NCBI GenBank assembly: GCA_013239625.1
Contig: MU053652.1
Span: 2,110,001-2,174,000, forward strand
Reading direction: 5' to 3'
From: Lama guanicoe
Lineage: Eukaryota
DNA: 64,000 bases
Position numbers and translations under genes: made by a program. Of this stretch, positions 1-14,309 are shown one piece after another (the first letter of the stretch is position 1; each line of letters starts with the position of its first letter). The notes beneath the pieces were generated by a model that searched no databases, was not told where the DNA came from, and saw only the letters and a list, made by a program, of their open reading frames with translations.

Positions 1-689
1 CCTAGATTTATGTGTAAAGTTAAGGAAAGGGCTATTGATTCATCCTGGTCCCTTCTTTTACACTAACGCAAACCTTTTTTACAGTGCCTTTGTGGACTAG
101 AGTGTGTTTACAGTCACCATCTCCTCTCATACTCAGAGCAGGCCTGAGAGCCGGCTGGTGCAGCAGCAGCATCCCCATTTCCTAGGCGAGGGAACAGAGG
201 CAGTGACTTTTTGCCTGGGCCACACAGCCAGTTTTGAGGCAAAGCAGGCATTAAAGCATCCTGTCTGGCTCCCACGTCCAGCTGCGCGGGCTATTCACCT
301 TTGGCGGCTCACCTGATTTTGCTGCTTCCTATGACCCCCACTGCCCTTTAAATTCCTGATCTCCTCCTAGTATCTGCCTGCATGATCCCTTTCTCCCCCT
401 CTTTCCTGCCTCCCTCCCAGTGATGTGTCTCAGGCTTGGGAAAAGGAGCTGGAAAATGTCTGTATTTCACTCCAGATCTCAGAAACAGGGGTAAGACCAG
501 TTAGCAGGACATGTGTCCATATGACAATTCAGCAACTCTAAATCCAGCCACGCTTCTGAGTTTACATCCCGGATCACCTTGTTCCAACTCCCCATCCCAT
601 CCAAGGGTGTGGGTGGATTGTGACATCCATTCCATTCCCAGAACCACATTTCAGTGTGCTTCTGACCATTTACTGTGTGATCACTGGGT

Positions 690-895
690 GGGGGGCACTG
701 TATTAGGTACCACTCATATTACAACTTTCATTCTTTTACAATGAAAACACTGCAAAAAGAGTATTCTCACCCCATTTTTACAGATGAGGAAACAGATACA
801 TGGGGAGGTTATAACCTGCCAAGAGCACACAGCAAGCAGCTGACAGGGCTGACACGAGAACCCAAGTCTAATCCAAAGTCCTTGCTTTAATTGCC
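690..895 (-). mobile_element. MIR SINE
   Basis: Reverse-strand MIR core (cccatttttacagatgaggaaacag ... gcacacagc ... gaacccaagtct); boundaries approximate. Confidence 0.8.
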
Positions 896-2269
896 ATTAT
901 AGCATCTCGCGATTTCTCACTGAAGAGCAGGACAGGAATAACTTCAGTTTAAAAGAAAAAAACTCATAGTAATTATCATCTCCTCCCCTTACTGAAATCA
1001 CCACAGAGCCAGTTTTCTCTAAAGTGACATCTCAATCCAGCCTTGACAGGAGAGAGATCTGCATATGAATGGCAGGCCTGGCTGGAGATAACCAGTTGAA
1101 ATGCTAATGCTGCCTGCTACTCCCAGGGAGGTGGGCTGAGAGGTGAGGGAGGAGGGAAGTTAGGGAACGCCACTGTGGTCCAGGTGACTGTGGTCCACAC
1201 GCTGTGTCCAGGACCAAGGTGAGCAAAGTGAAAAACAAGAACTGGAATCTCTGAGAGGAAAGGATGCTCCACAGTTTCCTCCTCCAGTGAGCTCCCCATC
1301 ACGGTATCTCCCCAAATGCATGGTACTTGCTACCCACAGAATAGTTTCTCTATTGCCTGCAGTCCCAGCCTGGATCTTGGTCATGATCTTTCCAACAAAG
1401 CATTCCACCTCTTCTAACTGGTCTTGTCACAGCATGATGGCCACCTAGATCATTCTCTGAATAAGCTACTATTCAAAACTGTCAAAGAGCAAAGCATTGA
1501 CTAAACAGGATGAAGGAGAGGAAGCCTCAGTGGCAGGACGGTGGAGAAACCCTGAGGAGTGCCATGAAGGCAGTTCCTGGCTCGAGATCCCAGGGACCAA
1601 GGCAGAGAAGAGACAGATTATTAAATTCAAATATTGCTCACTTTTCCCTAATACACATTTCCATGAAAAAAAAAAACTCATCATCTTTTAAGTAGACACA
1701 TGTTTTTGATTCCTTTTCTTATTGAACTTAAGCCACACGACTTCAGATTGTTTTTTATTTTCCATCATTTTCTGTATTTCTGAAAATTTTTGCAATAAGC
1801 ATATATTGCATTTATAATGGGGGGGCTCAATTTTCATTTGTTTTTCAAGGACAGTATGGAAATATGATGCTCAAGAAGGGAATGAAATGGTTGAACGTGT
1901 GCAGCAAGCAAGAAGTCGGCTCTGGCAGAAATGCCTCACCCAGGCTGGAGTCCCTCTAGCTGGTGAGTCTGATGAAAGCAGATGCTGTGGTAGCAGTTTG
2001 GATCATTAGTGGAAATGTGCTGGGGGACTGTGCTAGGCTCAGAGCTGGCAGGAGAGATATTGGGCTGGTCCCAGGGCTCCAGGAAGAGCAATTCCACTCA
2101 TCTCAGGCTACTTAGCAAGGAGAGAATCAGCCCACACAGGGCAGCAGCCTACAAATGCATGAATTAGTCCATTCCTGGCTCTCAACGCTCTCTGAGAAGT
2201 TCCCTTTTCTTTTCAAGGGGGGTGGTGGATTGCTAGGCATCCAAAAGGAATCTTACTGTATTTAAAGAA

Positions 2270-2335
2270 CATATATACTGTACACCGGAAGTTAACACAA
2301 CACTGTAAAACAACTATTTCGATTAAAAATATATA
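2270..2335 (+). mobile_element. L1 3'-terminal fragment
   Basis: ctgtacaccggaagttaacacaacactgtaaaacaactat..attaaaaat matches the L1 3' termini at 15670-15720 and 34305-34355 in this window. Confidence 0.65.
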
Positions 2336-2714
2336 TATACATATTCTGGAAAAGTTATTTTTTGTCAATTAAATTTTCATATACCAAATCCTACCTTCCC
2401 ATACTTTTTATTATCATATCAAGAAACCTTCTTGAGAATTGCAGTCACTCCACTCTGTGGATTATGACACAAGCAAAAGGCAGCATGCCTTTTCTTTAAA
2501 AACATGCATTTTTTTTCAAAAATGATAAGACTCTCAAAATAAGGCACGAGTGATAATGTTTCCGGAAATAAGTTACCAAATATGTGGATAAGTAGACAGA
2601 AATATTTGTCTCCTTGCCATCAGCTTCGCGGCTCAGAGGAAACCCCAGGATGATAGCTGCGCTGAATGAAAGACTTGAAGGTCTCCAGAGGGACTTCTCA
2701 AAAGGCCAGTGTGT

Positions 2715-2990
2715 CTGGGTATTGAGCTAATGTCTCTCAGCTCCAAACTCACCCTCTGTTTTGTGAGAGGAGGACTGGGGCTCTGAGAACCACCTTTCCC
2801 TTTTGCCAGCTGGATCCCTGTCAGGCTCGATGATTTGGGGTGCTGGAGAGAGACTGGGTGTCTTGATCCTCCGTGCTTGCTGCCTGTCCCTGTCTGGGTC
2901 ACCCCAGCAATGCTGCTCCAGTCTGGAAGTGGAAGTGGCAGCTGGTTCCAATTTCCAGCTCTTTCCAAGCTCCCAGGACTAGCCTCACTG
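2715..2990 (+). mobile_element. ERVL LTR (LTR33-like), 5' part
   Basis: tctctcagctccaaactcaccct ... ttgccagctggatccctgtcaggctc ... tcaccccagcaatgct ... ctggttccaatttccagct resembles the recalled LTR33 consensus. Confidence 0.65.
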
Positions 2991-3103
2991 TGCCCCTTTG
3001 CTAACCGTGGTGTGTTGGCGCAAGCTTGCTTTAGAAACTGCAGGAATCTCGTGAACTAATTTGAAGCACAGTTACCATTAGATACTAAGCTGTATAAACT
3101 TAC

Positions 3104-3476
3104 TCTATTCGTTTGTTGGGGCTGCAGTAACAAAGCACCACGAACTGGGTGACTTAAGCAACAGAAATGCATTGTCTCAGTTCTAGAGGTCAAAAGTCCA
3201 AGATCAAGGTGTCTGCAGGACTGGTTCCTTTGGGGTCCGTGAGGGATGCTATGCTCCCAGGGGCTTACTGGCAGTTTCTGACATTCTCTGCTGTCACGTT
3301 CACATGGCGTCCTCCCTGGGTCATGTCTGCCTCCAAACCTCCCCTTTATATAAGGACAGCAGTCACACTGGATTAGGGCCCACTCTAATGACCTCATTTT
3401 AACTTGATTACCTCTGTAGAGACCCTGTCTCTTAACTCCAATTTATCACTTAGGGGGCTGCAATTCAACCCATAAC
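3104..3476 (-). mobile_element. MaLR LTR (MLT1A-D-like)
   Basis: gctgcagtaacaaagcaccac ... aagtccaagatcaaggtgtc ... ggattagggcccactctaatgacctcattttaacttgattac ... caattcaacccataaca, a typical reverse MLT1 LTR. Confidence 0.85.
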
Positions 3477-3509
3477 ACTTACAATTAAACAAGTTCTATT
3501 TAAACTTTA

Positions 3510-3904
3510 AAGACATGGAGAACAGACAGTGGTTGCCAGGGACTGGGGAAGGGAAAGGAAGATGTGACATTAAAGGGGCAGCCGGAGGGAGTCCCCTTTG
3601 TGGTGACGGGATGCTCTTGTATCTAGCTTGTGGTGGTGGTGGTTATACAAATCTGTATATGTGACAAAAATGTCAGAGAATTATATACAGAGACATAAAA
3701 AATGGGCAAATGCAAAAACTGCTAAGATCCAGGTCTATAATCAAACTAATTGTGTCAGTCTAGGTATTTTGTCAGTCTACTACCTGCTTTCGACAATGTA
3801 CAGATGTCACTGTTGGAGGAAGCCAGGTGACAGCTACAGGGTACTGCTTTTGCAGCTCCTTATAAGTCTATAATTATTTCAAAATTTGAAAGTTAAAAAA
3901 AAAA
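3510..3904 (+). mobile_element. Old L1 (L1MC/MD-like) 3' UTR with A tail
   Basis: gaacagacagtggttgccaggg ... gtggtggttatacaaatct ... taagtctataattatttcaaaa ... A-run ending at about 3904. Confidence 0.75.
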
Positions 3905-3959
3905 CTCCACAGAAGTAATCAATACCCCAAACTCATTACTCCCTAATTACATACATTTT

Positions 3960-4186
3960 ACTGTCATCTCTGCTCCTGAGGTCCCAGCTCTGCAGGTCCC
4001 TTTCTCCAGGCCTCCAACTCCTTCCCTCACTCCCCCAGCTCTAGGGATGGCAGCTGTCTGCTGTAGTTATGATCTCTGCGCTACCTCAGTGTTCCCCCTT
4101 TGCTTCTTCAGTTCCCTAACACCTGTTTAAGTAAATTCTTATATTAAATTCTCTCTGTTAATTATGTTTGTCTTCCTGACTGATAG
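3960..4186 (+). mobile_element. ERVL LTR (LTR33-like), 3' part
   Basis: ccccagctctagggatggcagctg ... attaaattctctctgtt ... cctgactgata is an LTR33-type 3' end; continues the 2715-2990 piece. Confidence 0.6.
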
Positions 4187-5339
4187 AACCAGTCAACACG
4201 AATATTCTCCAAATGATGCAAATGGCTCACATGACAGTAGAAGATAAAGCATTTTCATTTCCCAAAACTACAAAAAGGCCCAGACCTACATGCCTCTTCT
4301 GATTATCCTAGGATTTTATTGTAGAAAACTGGCATTCCCAAAGGATGCCGGGAAGCAGAGCTTGCCTTAGCCTGGAAGGCAGTACGGGCAACAGCTGTCT
4401 AAGAAGCCGAGATATGAGATGATAGAGCAACCTCAGAAAGTAGTACTGCATTTTAAAATATTAATAATGCTGTCCTTCCTGAGTATAAGGGTAATCCATG
4501 CTTGAGTAGTACACTGCAAAGAGTATATGCCCATAGACACAATGCCAACAGCAGAGCGCTATCACTGTTAATATTTGGATGCACTTACTTTCATTATCCT
4601 TCCAGTATATAAATAAACAACTCGTACCATTTAAATGTATAAAATGAATTGGGTTCATTTATAGAGAGCACCATATTTTTTGAGATAATTATCAGTCACA
4701 CTTCTTTCCTCTGATGAATAAACATAGATTTTAGGTAAGGATTCTGGTATAAGAAACTCAGAGGATATGGCTGGGACTTGGGGCCAAAGAGGCTTTCTAG
4801 CTCACGTCCCATTCCCACCTCAAATCTTCAGAATGGGGTTCTCAAGGCAGGCACCTCACCAGTCAGCTGCAAGCAGGAGGATTTGCTGCTTCGAAGTCTC
4901 TGATCCCCAGAGCAGAGGCACAGCAGACCTCGGAAGGCACGTCCGGCCACACCTCCTGTGCACACACCTGGAGGCAGCAGCAGAGCAATTCCCACCTGAG
5001 GGGCAGACCTGCCCCTAGCATCCAGGTCTATCCGTTCTGGGGAGCAGTCACAAACTCCCTAAGAGGAGGGATGAGGAGCACTGGGATTCCAAGTTCATTA
5101 CCTTACCAGCTAAGAAAATCATTCCTTCTCTCTTGCAGAGGAGTGAATGAAAAAAAAGGGGGGGGGTAGAAAAACTGAATGCGTTTTCCTGCCAAAGTTC
5201 CCTCTTGAAAAGATGAGTTTCAAGGAATAGGGAAACCCTCAAGGACACGATTTGTATCTTGTTCTTTTCTGGTAGTTTGAATTTGTGAGCATCTGTCTGT
5301 CATCAAAATGTCTTCAAAAACATGATTTTATACTTTAGG

Positions 5340-7840
5340 GTCTTTTTTTTTTATTGTACAACAATACATAGTCATTATAGAAATTTGTGAAATAAGGCAG
5401 CTAAAGAAGAAAATGAGAAGTAGAGTAATTCCACCGTCCAAAATAACCACTGCTAGCATTTCAGCATAAATCCTTCTAATCTTCCTTCTATTCATACGTA
5501 CACCTTATTTTTTAACTGAATTACACAGTAGACTGTTTTGTAACATGTTTTTTTATTTAATGTCTCTGAAATATCTGTACATATATTTTCCCATGTGTCT
5601 GTTGCTGTGTAACACACTATATCAAAACTTAGTGGTTTAAAAGAATAATTTGATTTTGCTTATAATTTTGTGGTTGAGGGCCTAACCACATTCTGGAAAA
5701 TGGAGAAATGGTCTCCATCCCTCAAAGGGAAGCTGCAAGGTCACACTGCAGAAGAACATGTAGGATGGAAGATATTTTTACAGCCATCTTTGGCAAATAC
5801 AATATGCTACATACGTTATTAAAGAGTTTCTTCATAATTGAAATGATGGAATAATGTCTGTTTTTAAAATATGTCATCATTGACTTAACAAATTTCAATG
5901 TTTGTGGGCTTAGAGACTATATTTTCAGTACCTCCATGATGAATATTCTTGTGCATAAAACTTTATCTGCATCTCTGAAAATGTGTATTAGGATGAAGTA
6001 TCAGAGGCAGAATTACTGGCGTAAGGCTGCTTGATATAAATGACCAAACTAATTTCCAGGAAAACACTAATTTAGATCCACTTCACTTAAAAATGTTTTA
6101 CTCTCTGAAAGAAAATAACCCCATTGATCCCAGTCTTTAAAAATACCGTTCACTATTTTGGAGTTTAATTATACCTATAAATGAACCGGGGCCTCTCGTC
6201 AATATTCAGTCTTCTGGTCTGTTAAGTCTTCTACTCCGGTCTTCCTTTATGCTCATTAGGAGAAGTTGATAACATTCATTATTGGATTACTCCTAGCACA
6301 TTACACTTGTGTAATTGTTTTAAGTAGAATCACTTTTCTTATTATATCTTTAAACTGATTATTGATATTAAATTGGGAAAGTGCTTATTTTGTCTATTTA
6401 TTCATATTCAGCCATCTTTCTAATTTTTTACTATTTCTAGTAGTTTGTCAAGGGATTCCCTTGGGCTTTCTGGGTAGACAAGCATATTAACATCAAGTAG
6501 TGGTACTTTTGATTCTCTTTCCCATAGCCTGCCTAATGTCTGTTTCCTATCTTTTTGCATTGGCTGGGATATCTGGTACAAAATTAATTACTATTGTGAG
6601 CCCAGGCATTTTCATCTTATTCCTGATTTTAGCTAGAACATATCTGATATTTTCTCTTGAAATATGATAAATGCTATTGTTAATATAAATATTCTTTATC
6701 ATTAAAAAATCCTCTATTTCTAGTTTACTAAATTTTATTTATTCAGAATTGGTACAGAACTTTTCTGAAATGCCTTCTAGATACCTGTTGAGATCATGCA
6801 GATTTTCTCTTTAGAATTACTAATATCATATTATATCTCACAATATTAAATAATTTTTGTATTCCCAAAATAATCCAATAAAATGATCATGGATTGTTCT
6901 CACATACTATTGAAACTGATTTGTCAAGCACTTTAGTTAGAAATTTTGTGTCTTTATATACAGTGAGAATTATTTGTATTCTATTTTATGTCATATTTCT
7001 CCGAGTCTGTTACAGGATTATACTTGTTTTGTAAAGTGAAATGGGAAGGTGTTAATATTTTTCTCTACTCTAGAACAGTTTAAATGGCATAGAAATTATC
7101 TGCTCCTTCAAAAGTTAAAAGCAAAATCATCTAAAAATGGAGCATGTTTAGATGTCGATTCTTTTACTTCTTAAGTATTAATCTAATCAGATTATCTGAT
7201 TTTTCTTGAGTTAGTCCTTAGTTTCAGGTAGATTTTAAAATATATTAGCACAAGGTTGTCTTTGTTTAATTATCATCTGAAATTACTGTATCTGCTAATT
7301 TATTTTCTTTGTGATATAAAAATACATATGTATTTTTATCTCTGCATTTTCTCTTCCCGTGATAGTATTAGCTATAAATTATCCATTTTATGATTTATTA
7401 ATACAAATTCATTCTTGAATTTGTTATACTATGATTTTTGTTTTAAAATGAATTAATTTTCCAGTAAATTTCTTAATACTGATTTCCTTATGTTCGATTT
7501 ACTGTTATTTTTCTAGCTTCTTGAGATTATTACTTACTTACTTCCTTCATTTTATTTTTTCTTATTTAAATTTTTTAAAAAACACATTTTTAAAGTTATG
7601 CATTTGTCTTCAATTACAGCTTTGGCTATATCCCACTGATTAAGATAGTGATTTTATTTCTGAATCCTAAATATGTCCTCTTTCACTTAGTATTTTTAAA
7701 TTTCCAAGTGCTTGAAGAGTTTGTGTGATCTCTGAGATTATTTCATCATGGTAAAGGAATGTGGTCTATACATGTCTGCTTTTATCACTTTATTGATGTT
7801 TATTTATGATCTAAAGCTATGTATCTGTTAAATATTCTCA
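5340..7840 (-). mobile_element. Ancient degenerate L1 (L1ME/L1M5-like), interrupted by an MLT1 fragment
   Basis: T-rich tract with reverse L1 motifs (ttttgcattggctgggatatctggtaca; catcttattcctgattttag; ttttctctactctagaacagttt). Confidence 0.65.
5593..5811 (-). mobile_element. MaLR LTR fragment (MLT1H/J-like)
   Basis: ttgctgtgtaacacac ... aaaacttagtggtttaaaa ... gcaaggtcacactgcagaaga ... cagccatctttggcaaatacaat. Confidence 0.7.
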
Positions 7841-8724
7841 GCATACCCCCCAGAGATCAGGATAAAGCCAGGAAGGCTCCCTTCCACCAGAGTATGAGGT
7901 CATTAAGTCCCCATCCCTCTGCTGCCATTTCCTCTTCTCTGCCCACCTTAGAAAGGAAAGCAGACACATGGGAATAGTTGTGAAAGAGCAAACATCCCAG
8001 ATATCCTGGGTTACTAGGGAAGACTTGTATTACTATGATGAAAATCATGCCATGTTCTCTGGTCTCCCCAGTGACGTGACCATTCATAGTCTTCACCCAG
8101 TCATGGTGTTTTATCAGAGCTTCCATCCCAGACAGGCTCCTGACTCCCTAAGTCTGTTTAACATTCTGCTTGGCATCTCAGCTCTTCGGCCACATCTTCC
8201 AGAATTGTCAGACACTCTTAGGAGAAAACTAGCCGAAAAATCCAAGCTCGCCAGGTTTCCCTTTTGTCGCAGAAGTTGGCCCAATAATTCTTCAGTGACT
8301 TGTAATTTCTCTGATACTTTCAGACAGATTTTTAAAGATACACTGCGTCTAGTTTTTCTAGCCAATCTCAGCAGAAGGATGGGTCTGAAATGCCAATGCA
8401 GCTACTATTAGAAACAGCTCTGTGTCAGCCATCACATCTGCAGGGAGCATGAAGCAAGAGAGAAGACATGAGCAAGAGAGATGACAGGAAGCGGGGCACC
8501 TCCCAGAGGTGTCAGATACTTTGCGTTAATCTTCTGGATAACCCACACAACAGTTCTGTTATCTCATCGACCAGAAGTTAGTCACGTGGCCCGGCTGGCT
8601 TCAAGGACAGGTAGAAAATACCAGCCATTAGCATGTCATATTGCCACCCCAAATCTGGGTTTTATTATTATGGAAAAAAGAGAAGAATGGATATTGGGTA
8701 AGCAATCAGTCTGTGCCATGTCCC

Positions 8725-8865
8725 TCACCTATAAAATGGAAATAATACTAATACCTAACTTACAAAGTTGATGTGAGGATTAAAGGATACGATGAAGGCA
8801 AACCTCCCAGCACAGTGCCTAGTATATGGTGAATAGTCAATAAATGTGAGCAATGATACTAATTA
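8725..8865 (+). mobile_element. MIR SINE 3' half
   Basis: cacctataaaatggaaataatactaatacctaac ... tgtgaggattaaa ... cacagtgcctag ... caataaatgtgagc. Confidence 0.8.
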
Positions 8866-10254
8866 TAGTGCAGGAATTTGAATAGAATAGATTATCACAT
8901 GAAAAACAGGGAAAAGAACCCATCCTTTGACCTTCCTTTCTCTGGTTTCTCACACTCATCTAAAGCCTCTTACAAATTCAGTCAGATAAACTTAGGGATA
9001 AAATTTCCATTACCATTGCTTTGTTTCAAATAGTTGAATATTTGTTTGATTTCTAATAGCTGATTATAAATTTAGCCTACAGTAGGTATTAAAACACATG
9101 TACATTTTCCTTATAATTACACTCTGGATTATCCTGGACTGTCCACTTTTTAAATATAGTTTCATTCTTGTCAATCTAACAAATGTATAAATAAATGTGA
9201 TTTATTTTTCAGACCTTCATTAACACCCATCATATCAAACCGTAATATAAACCACACTTCAAATCAAATCCTTTGGTCAGATAAAGCTACTAATTTTTAG
9301 TTGCACATATATATAGTATTCATCATGCTCATAATAGCTTCTTACGGTATTTGGAGATATTTTGACAGTTCTCTGCTGTTATTTCTACTTCTTATAACAA
9401 CCACACCCAGATGTCTTATACATTTGGTAATGGATAAATTTTAGGGGTCACAGCAATTTTCACTCCAATAGCCACAACAAAACCACAGAAATGATGGCAT
9501 CCACCTGCTTCCAGGGATCAGACAGGAGTGAGTGAGTAAGTTTGTGCATGTGTGTGTGAGTGTGTGTGTTGGAACCCCAGCATGGGAGCAGTGTCACTGT
9601 TGGTGATTAGGAGAAACAGAAAAATTACCGGAATGACACAAATTACTAATTACTTTATTATGCAGTGAGAAGAATAAGAAGCTGGAAGTTGTTTCAGCAA
9701 ATTCTATTTTTAAGCAAATAATTGTTGGGTTTCCAGTGCTCTAAATTAAGTAATTCTCCTCAAGACCTTCCTTAAGTCTCCCTCTCTGAACTCTAGTGGC
9801 TGGCAAAGAACTGCAGCTGCCTCCGGGATGGGCTTCAGATTTCGCCTGTGGTTTATTTTTCAAACGTGCTCTTCTCAAAATGAGACAGCTTCAGAGGTAT
9901 TCTTCCCCTGTAATTAGGAGTGGTTTTACTGAGTTATCCACAGCTTTTCCATCCATCCTAAAGGAGGTGGCACTGAGTAATACAAAGATATTTAAAGGGA
10001 GAAAAAAAGAACTTGGAACCGGTTTTAAGACCAGACACTTCTTCCTCCTGACTTTACGACCTTAGGGCATATCCCGTAACCATCATCTCTCCTGCATAAG
10101 TGAGGCAGGATGTTAGCGCTTTTTAACCCGAGAAGCACTCTGTGCATATCTATGTATTGTTATTAAAATGACTGAGAATGGCAAAAGCAAGATAGCTGCA
10201 TAATAAGAATTATAAGAACTCACAGTTTTTAAGAGGTTTTGAGGATTTATCAGA

Positions 10255-10435
10255 CGTCTGGCGCAAGTCTAAGGGCTTCACATGCTTTAACTACTTATAC
10301 AACCCTCACGACAACCCTTGGAAGCAGGTACTAGCATTTCCCCGTTTTACCCATCAGCTGCAGAGAGGGTGAGGCCCAAGATCACAGAGCTGGGGAGCGG
10401 CAGAGCCCCGGTTCAAGTCCAGACAGTCCACGCCC
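10255..10435 (-). mobile_element. MIR SINE
   Basis: ttcacatgctttaac ... ccctcacgacaaccctt ... cccaagatcacagagctgggg ... ggttcaagtccagacagtc. Confidence 0.7.
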
Positions 10436-13400
10436 AGCTGCCCCACACCCACCGCCTGCCCAGAGCTGGAGGCGACATCGGGCCACATACTTGCACATGT
10501 GGGCTTAGTCCTCGGGCTCTTTGCCTTTCAACCACAGGCTGAGGCATCCCCCTTAGGGCAGCACAGAGATGTCCTTCATGCAGTGACAATTACAAAAATG
10601 GCAATTTTAGCCAGAAGTAACCAAGATGGAGAGAGAGGGTAGGGGGAATTATGTCATTAAGTCTTTAGGATGTGAGGCAGTAAGAGTTAGGCACTGAGCT
10701 GGTAAATAACTAAACAAGCGCCCGGGGCTGCTTATGGCCCCCCGATCCGCCATCAACACCCCCAAGAGGGATAGTCATTCAGGATAATTTACCTCTAATT
10801 TTTAGATCGGTTTACCTGGTCACCAGCAGACTCAGACCCTGGAGAAACAGGATCAGTAAGATTTGATAAGGACAAGCAGGGAGGGAAGGCCTGAGTGGAG
10901 GGACAGACACTCAGTGGCCCAGGCAGGGGTCCCATGGGGCAGGTGTGCCTATCGTGGGCAGCTCTGTGGTCTGGAGAAGGCCTGTGTGAAACAAAAGGAG
11001 TTCAGGGGATAGCAGCGGGCAGAGCGGGAGGGCTGAGAACAGCCTGTGTCCCCTCAGTGTCCTGTCTCCATCAGATCTCAGAATCAGGAGCTACCTTGTT
11101 CCGTTAACAAGGGTTGGTAGCTATTGCAGACACTGAGTGGCGGGTGTACAGGGGGCTGTGGGAAGTGTAGGAGGCATAGAGGAGAGAGCTCAGCTGTGGA
11201 CAGAGATGGGTTACAGCCTGTACATGGCCTCAGGGAAACTCACTGAACTACAACTTCCCCTCTACAAACTAGAGATAATTATCCCCAGCCTGGCTGTCTG
11301 CACGCTGTAGTCAGGAGCAGCAGTGAAGACAAGGTACGTTGTAAATTGCATCAAGGAGCCCAGTGAAGATGCTGACCAAGAGGGAGATGCCCTGATCCTC
11401 AATGCCTGGACCCTGGGCCATAGCATTTCTGCCCGGCCAGACCTCAATCTAGCTGCATATTTAAGCTTGAAAGATGGAACAGAGGAGCGACCAAGTAAGC
11501 CAAGCTGCACACATGGAAGATCACCTTGCTTGCATCCCAAAGTCAAGGGAACAGAAACCGTGCAATGCAGCCCTTGCAACCTCAGGAAACAGGGTCTCAC
11601 TCAAGGGCGGTGTTAAATAGGAGAGGTGTTCCTGGGCCCGAGGCGGCTTAAAACCTTGGCCAGATTGGCAAATATTTCAGCAGGAGGTTAGCAAAATTGG
11701 TGCAAACCTAAATGAGCCTCCTCTGCGGCTCTGCAGGGGTCCATGTTTGCTCTGCGACATTTCCCGTTGCTATGTATAGAAAAGAGTGTTCCAGCGCACA
11801 GGCAGTGCAGGCGTCAGTCAGCGGGTGCCCGACACAGAGGTGGGCCACGCGCATGAAGGGGAGCTCTGAGGCGGTGGGAACACAGGTGAAGCTGGTCAAC
11901 GCTGAGAGAGCTGGGGAAATGTGTCCAGGCTGGCAGGGCATCACGAGGTGGCATTTCTGCAACAGTGTGAGTACCCTCAGCAGAACAGTGATGCTGCTAA
12001 GAATGCGAACTGGGGGTTCCAATCCCAGGCCACCAGGATTGGTGTGGATGTGGGAAAGCAGCTTCACCTCTCTGAGCCTCCACTGTCCAATGAATGACAT
12101 TAATATAATAAACTAATCTAGACCTTAGTTCGATTCAACATGCCTCTGGATAACGAACGCCCAGATATCCGGATTACGTGATGACTGAGGGGATGATGCT
12201 ATGTGCTACATACAGCCTAGGACGTAGGATACGCTCGGTCATTCCTGGTACCCGTGCCTGCCCCTGCCCAGACCACCTGTTCGGTTAGGATTTCTGACCA
12301 GTAGCAATGGTCAGACGTTAACAAAGTGGAGCCACTCTGGAGAGAGAGATGGGTGCTTTAGCACGGGCTTCTCTGGAGAGCGTCAACCCCAGGGGAGAGC
12401 AGCTGGGTGGGTGGGTGGTATGCAGAGACCGAGCCCAGGAAGTCCTGAGCCTCTTCTCTGTGCCTTCAACCCTTTTCCTTGGTCTCAGGAATGAGACTTG
12501 GAAGAGAAATGGAGAAGGCAAGGAGGGTAAGGAGTCGATGGGCTCTGAGGGCCATCAGAGACGGGTGTCAGGCTTCTGCGGGCTAAGACCCCAAGGCCCT
12601 TCTCAGCAAGGTCTCTGGCCCGGGGACCCCAGTGTTCAGATAGCCCCGGTTGGGGGAAGGGGGCTGCTGGACAAATACCTGGAGGCCAGGGATGGGAGAC
12701 CAAGAGAAGGATCCCACCTTGTTGGCATTTCAAGGACCTGTCCCCCTGCAATGTCTCATAGCACCTTCACCTCCCACGAACAGCCTGTGCTGTTCAGCCC
12801 CCTCGAGAAAACTGGCAAACTGATGGGAGTTGGGAGATGAGAGGCTAAAGCTGGGGAGAGATGACTAGAGCTTGTCTACATAACAAAAGCATCTCTTTAA
12901 ATAATAGAGCATAGATGAAAGTGGTCGTCAGTGTATTTACATCTCATCTGTCCTCAGTCACAGAGGTCCCTAGGGGCAGAAGTCTGCAGTCCGAGCACCA
13001 CCATCCAAACTGGGACAGAGTAGGAATCAACAGAAAGTTTGATTTTGTGACTCTGGAGGGCTCTCTGTTTGCTCTGCAGTATTTCCCATCACATAAACAA
13101 ATGCAACAGCAGGAACAAATGACAGAAGCTCTTATAATCCGTCTATGGGTTGTGTCCAAGCTACGAACCACCTGAAAGAGGTTAGAGGTGAAACAAGTGT
13201 GGAAAAGGGTCAAAGGAAAGCCAGCCCCTCCAGCCTCTCTCTTTCCCTCCTCCCAAGTCTCAGACTTCTCTGCTCACCCCTTACCAGCACTCAGATGCCT
13301 AAAATACCATTTCATCCTGTCTCTCTCTGCTTGACAAAATTCCATGGCTCCCTATTTCCTTTTGGGGCTTTTAAGCTTTTGCACTCCCCTCTTCCTGTTT

Positions 13401-14309
13401 CAGTGGTCCCTCATTCCAACCAGCCCCTCCCACTGGCTACCATCCCTCCTGCACCTCCCTCCTTGATTCCTAACCAACCCAAAGAGCCTCCAAGATATGC
13501 TTGTTTAATGGCTCCCGCTGCTGCTATGGATCTGCCTGCCCCCTGAAACCACCAGGCGTCCATGGTCCGGGCAACACAATTTACCGCTGACAGACTACTG
13601 GTCCTATTCTCAGGGTTAATCCTTCCACACCAAGGAGACTAGATTCCTAGAGGAGAGGGAATCGTGTTCCACATCTATATCCCATCCCCTGCCCCAGAAC
13701 CCAGCTTGCAACTGAATGGTAAATCATGCCCAAGATTATAAAATAATTGATTAAATTCAACTTAGCAAGCACCTACTGGGCTCCAGGCACTGGGGACTTG
13801 CAGATGCAGAAACACCGGCTCCCTGGGAGGAAGGAAGGGATACCAAGAGCCAGCTCTAACGTGGTGGTTGGTGCTCAGGTGGGGTGAGCCTGGAGGGGAG
13901 ATACCGAGCTCACCCCATAGAGCTTGAAGAGAATGCTCTCCCCCAGGCGGTGACAGCTGAGGGGACTCAGCAGGCAGGACATCCATAGGCAGGGCCACCG
14001 CTGGTACAAAGGACAGGGATGAGGCTGGACACAGCAAATGGGGCAAGTGGAGGTTGATGCAATAATAGTCAGATGCCTCATGTGTCCCACCTCAGACTTT
14101 TCACTTTATCCTGAAGCTTATGGGATATTAATGAGGGAGATTAACTCACTGGCAGATACTTGATTTACCCACAACTTTTAAAGGAATAGGCCATTTCTTA
14201 GGGTTCCCAGGAATAGTGACAGGTTTGAGGAAGAAAATTCAGGCAGGGTCTCCGAGCATTCTGTCCTCCAGCCAAGGAGGTCTCCCCCTCTCTACCTGAG
14301 ATTACTTTT

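Noticed and set aside
7968..8411. 147-aa ORF with a protein-like start (MGIVVKEQTSQISW..)
   Set aside because: I recognise no homology, and it sits between decayed repeats; it cannot be supported without a database search.
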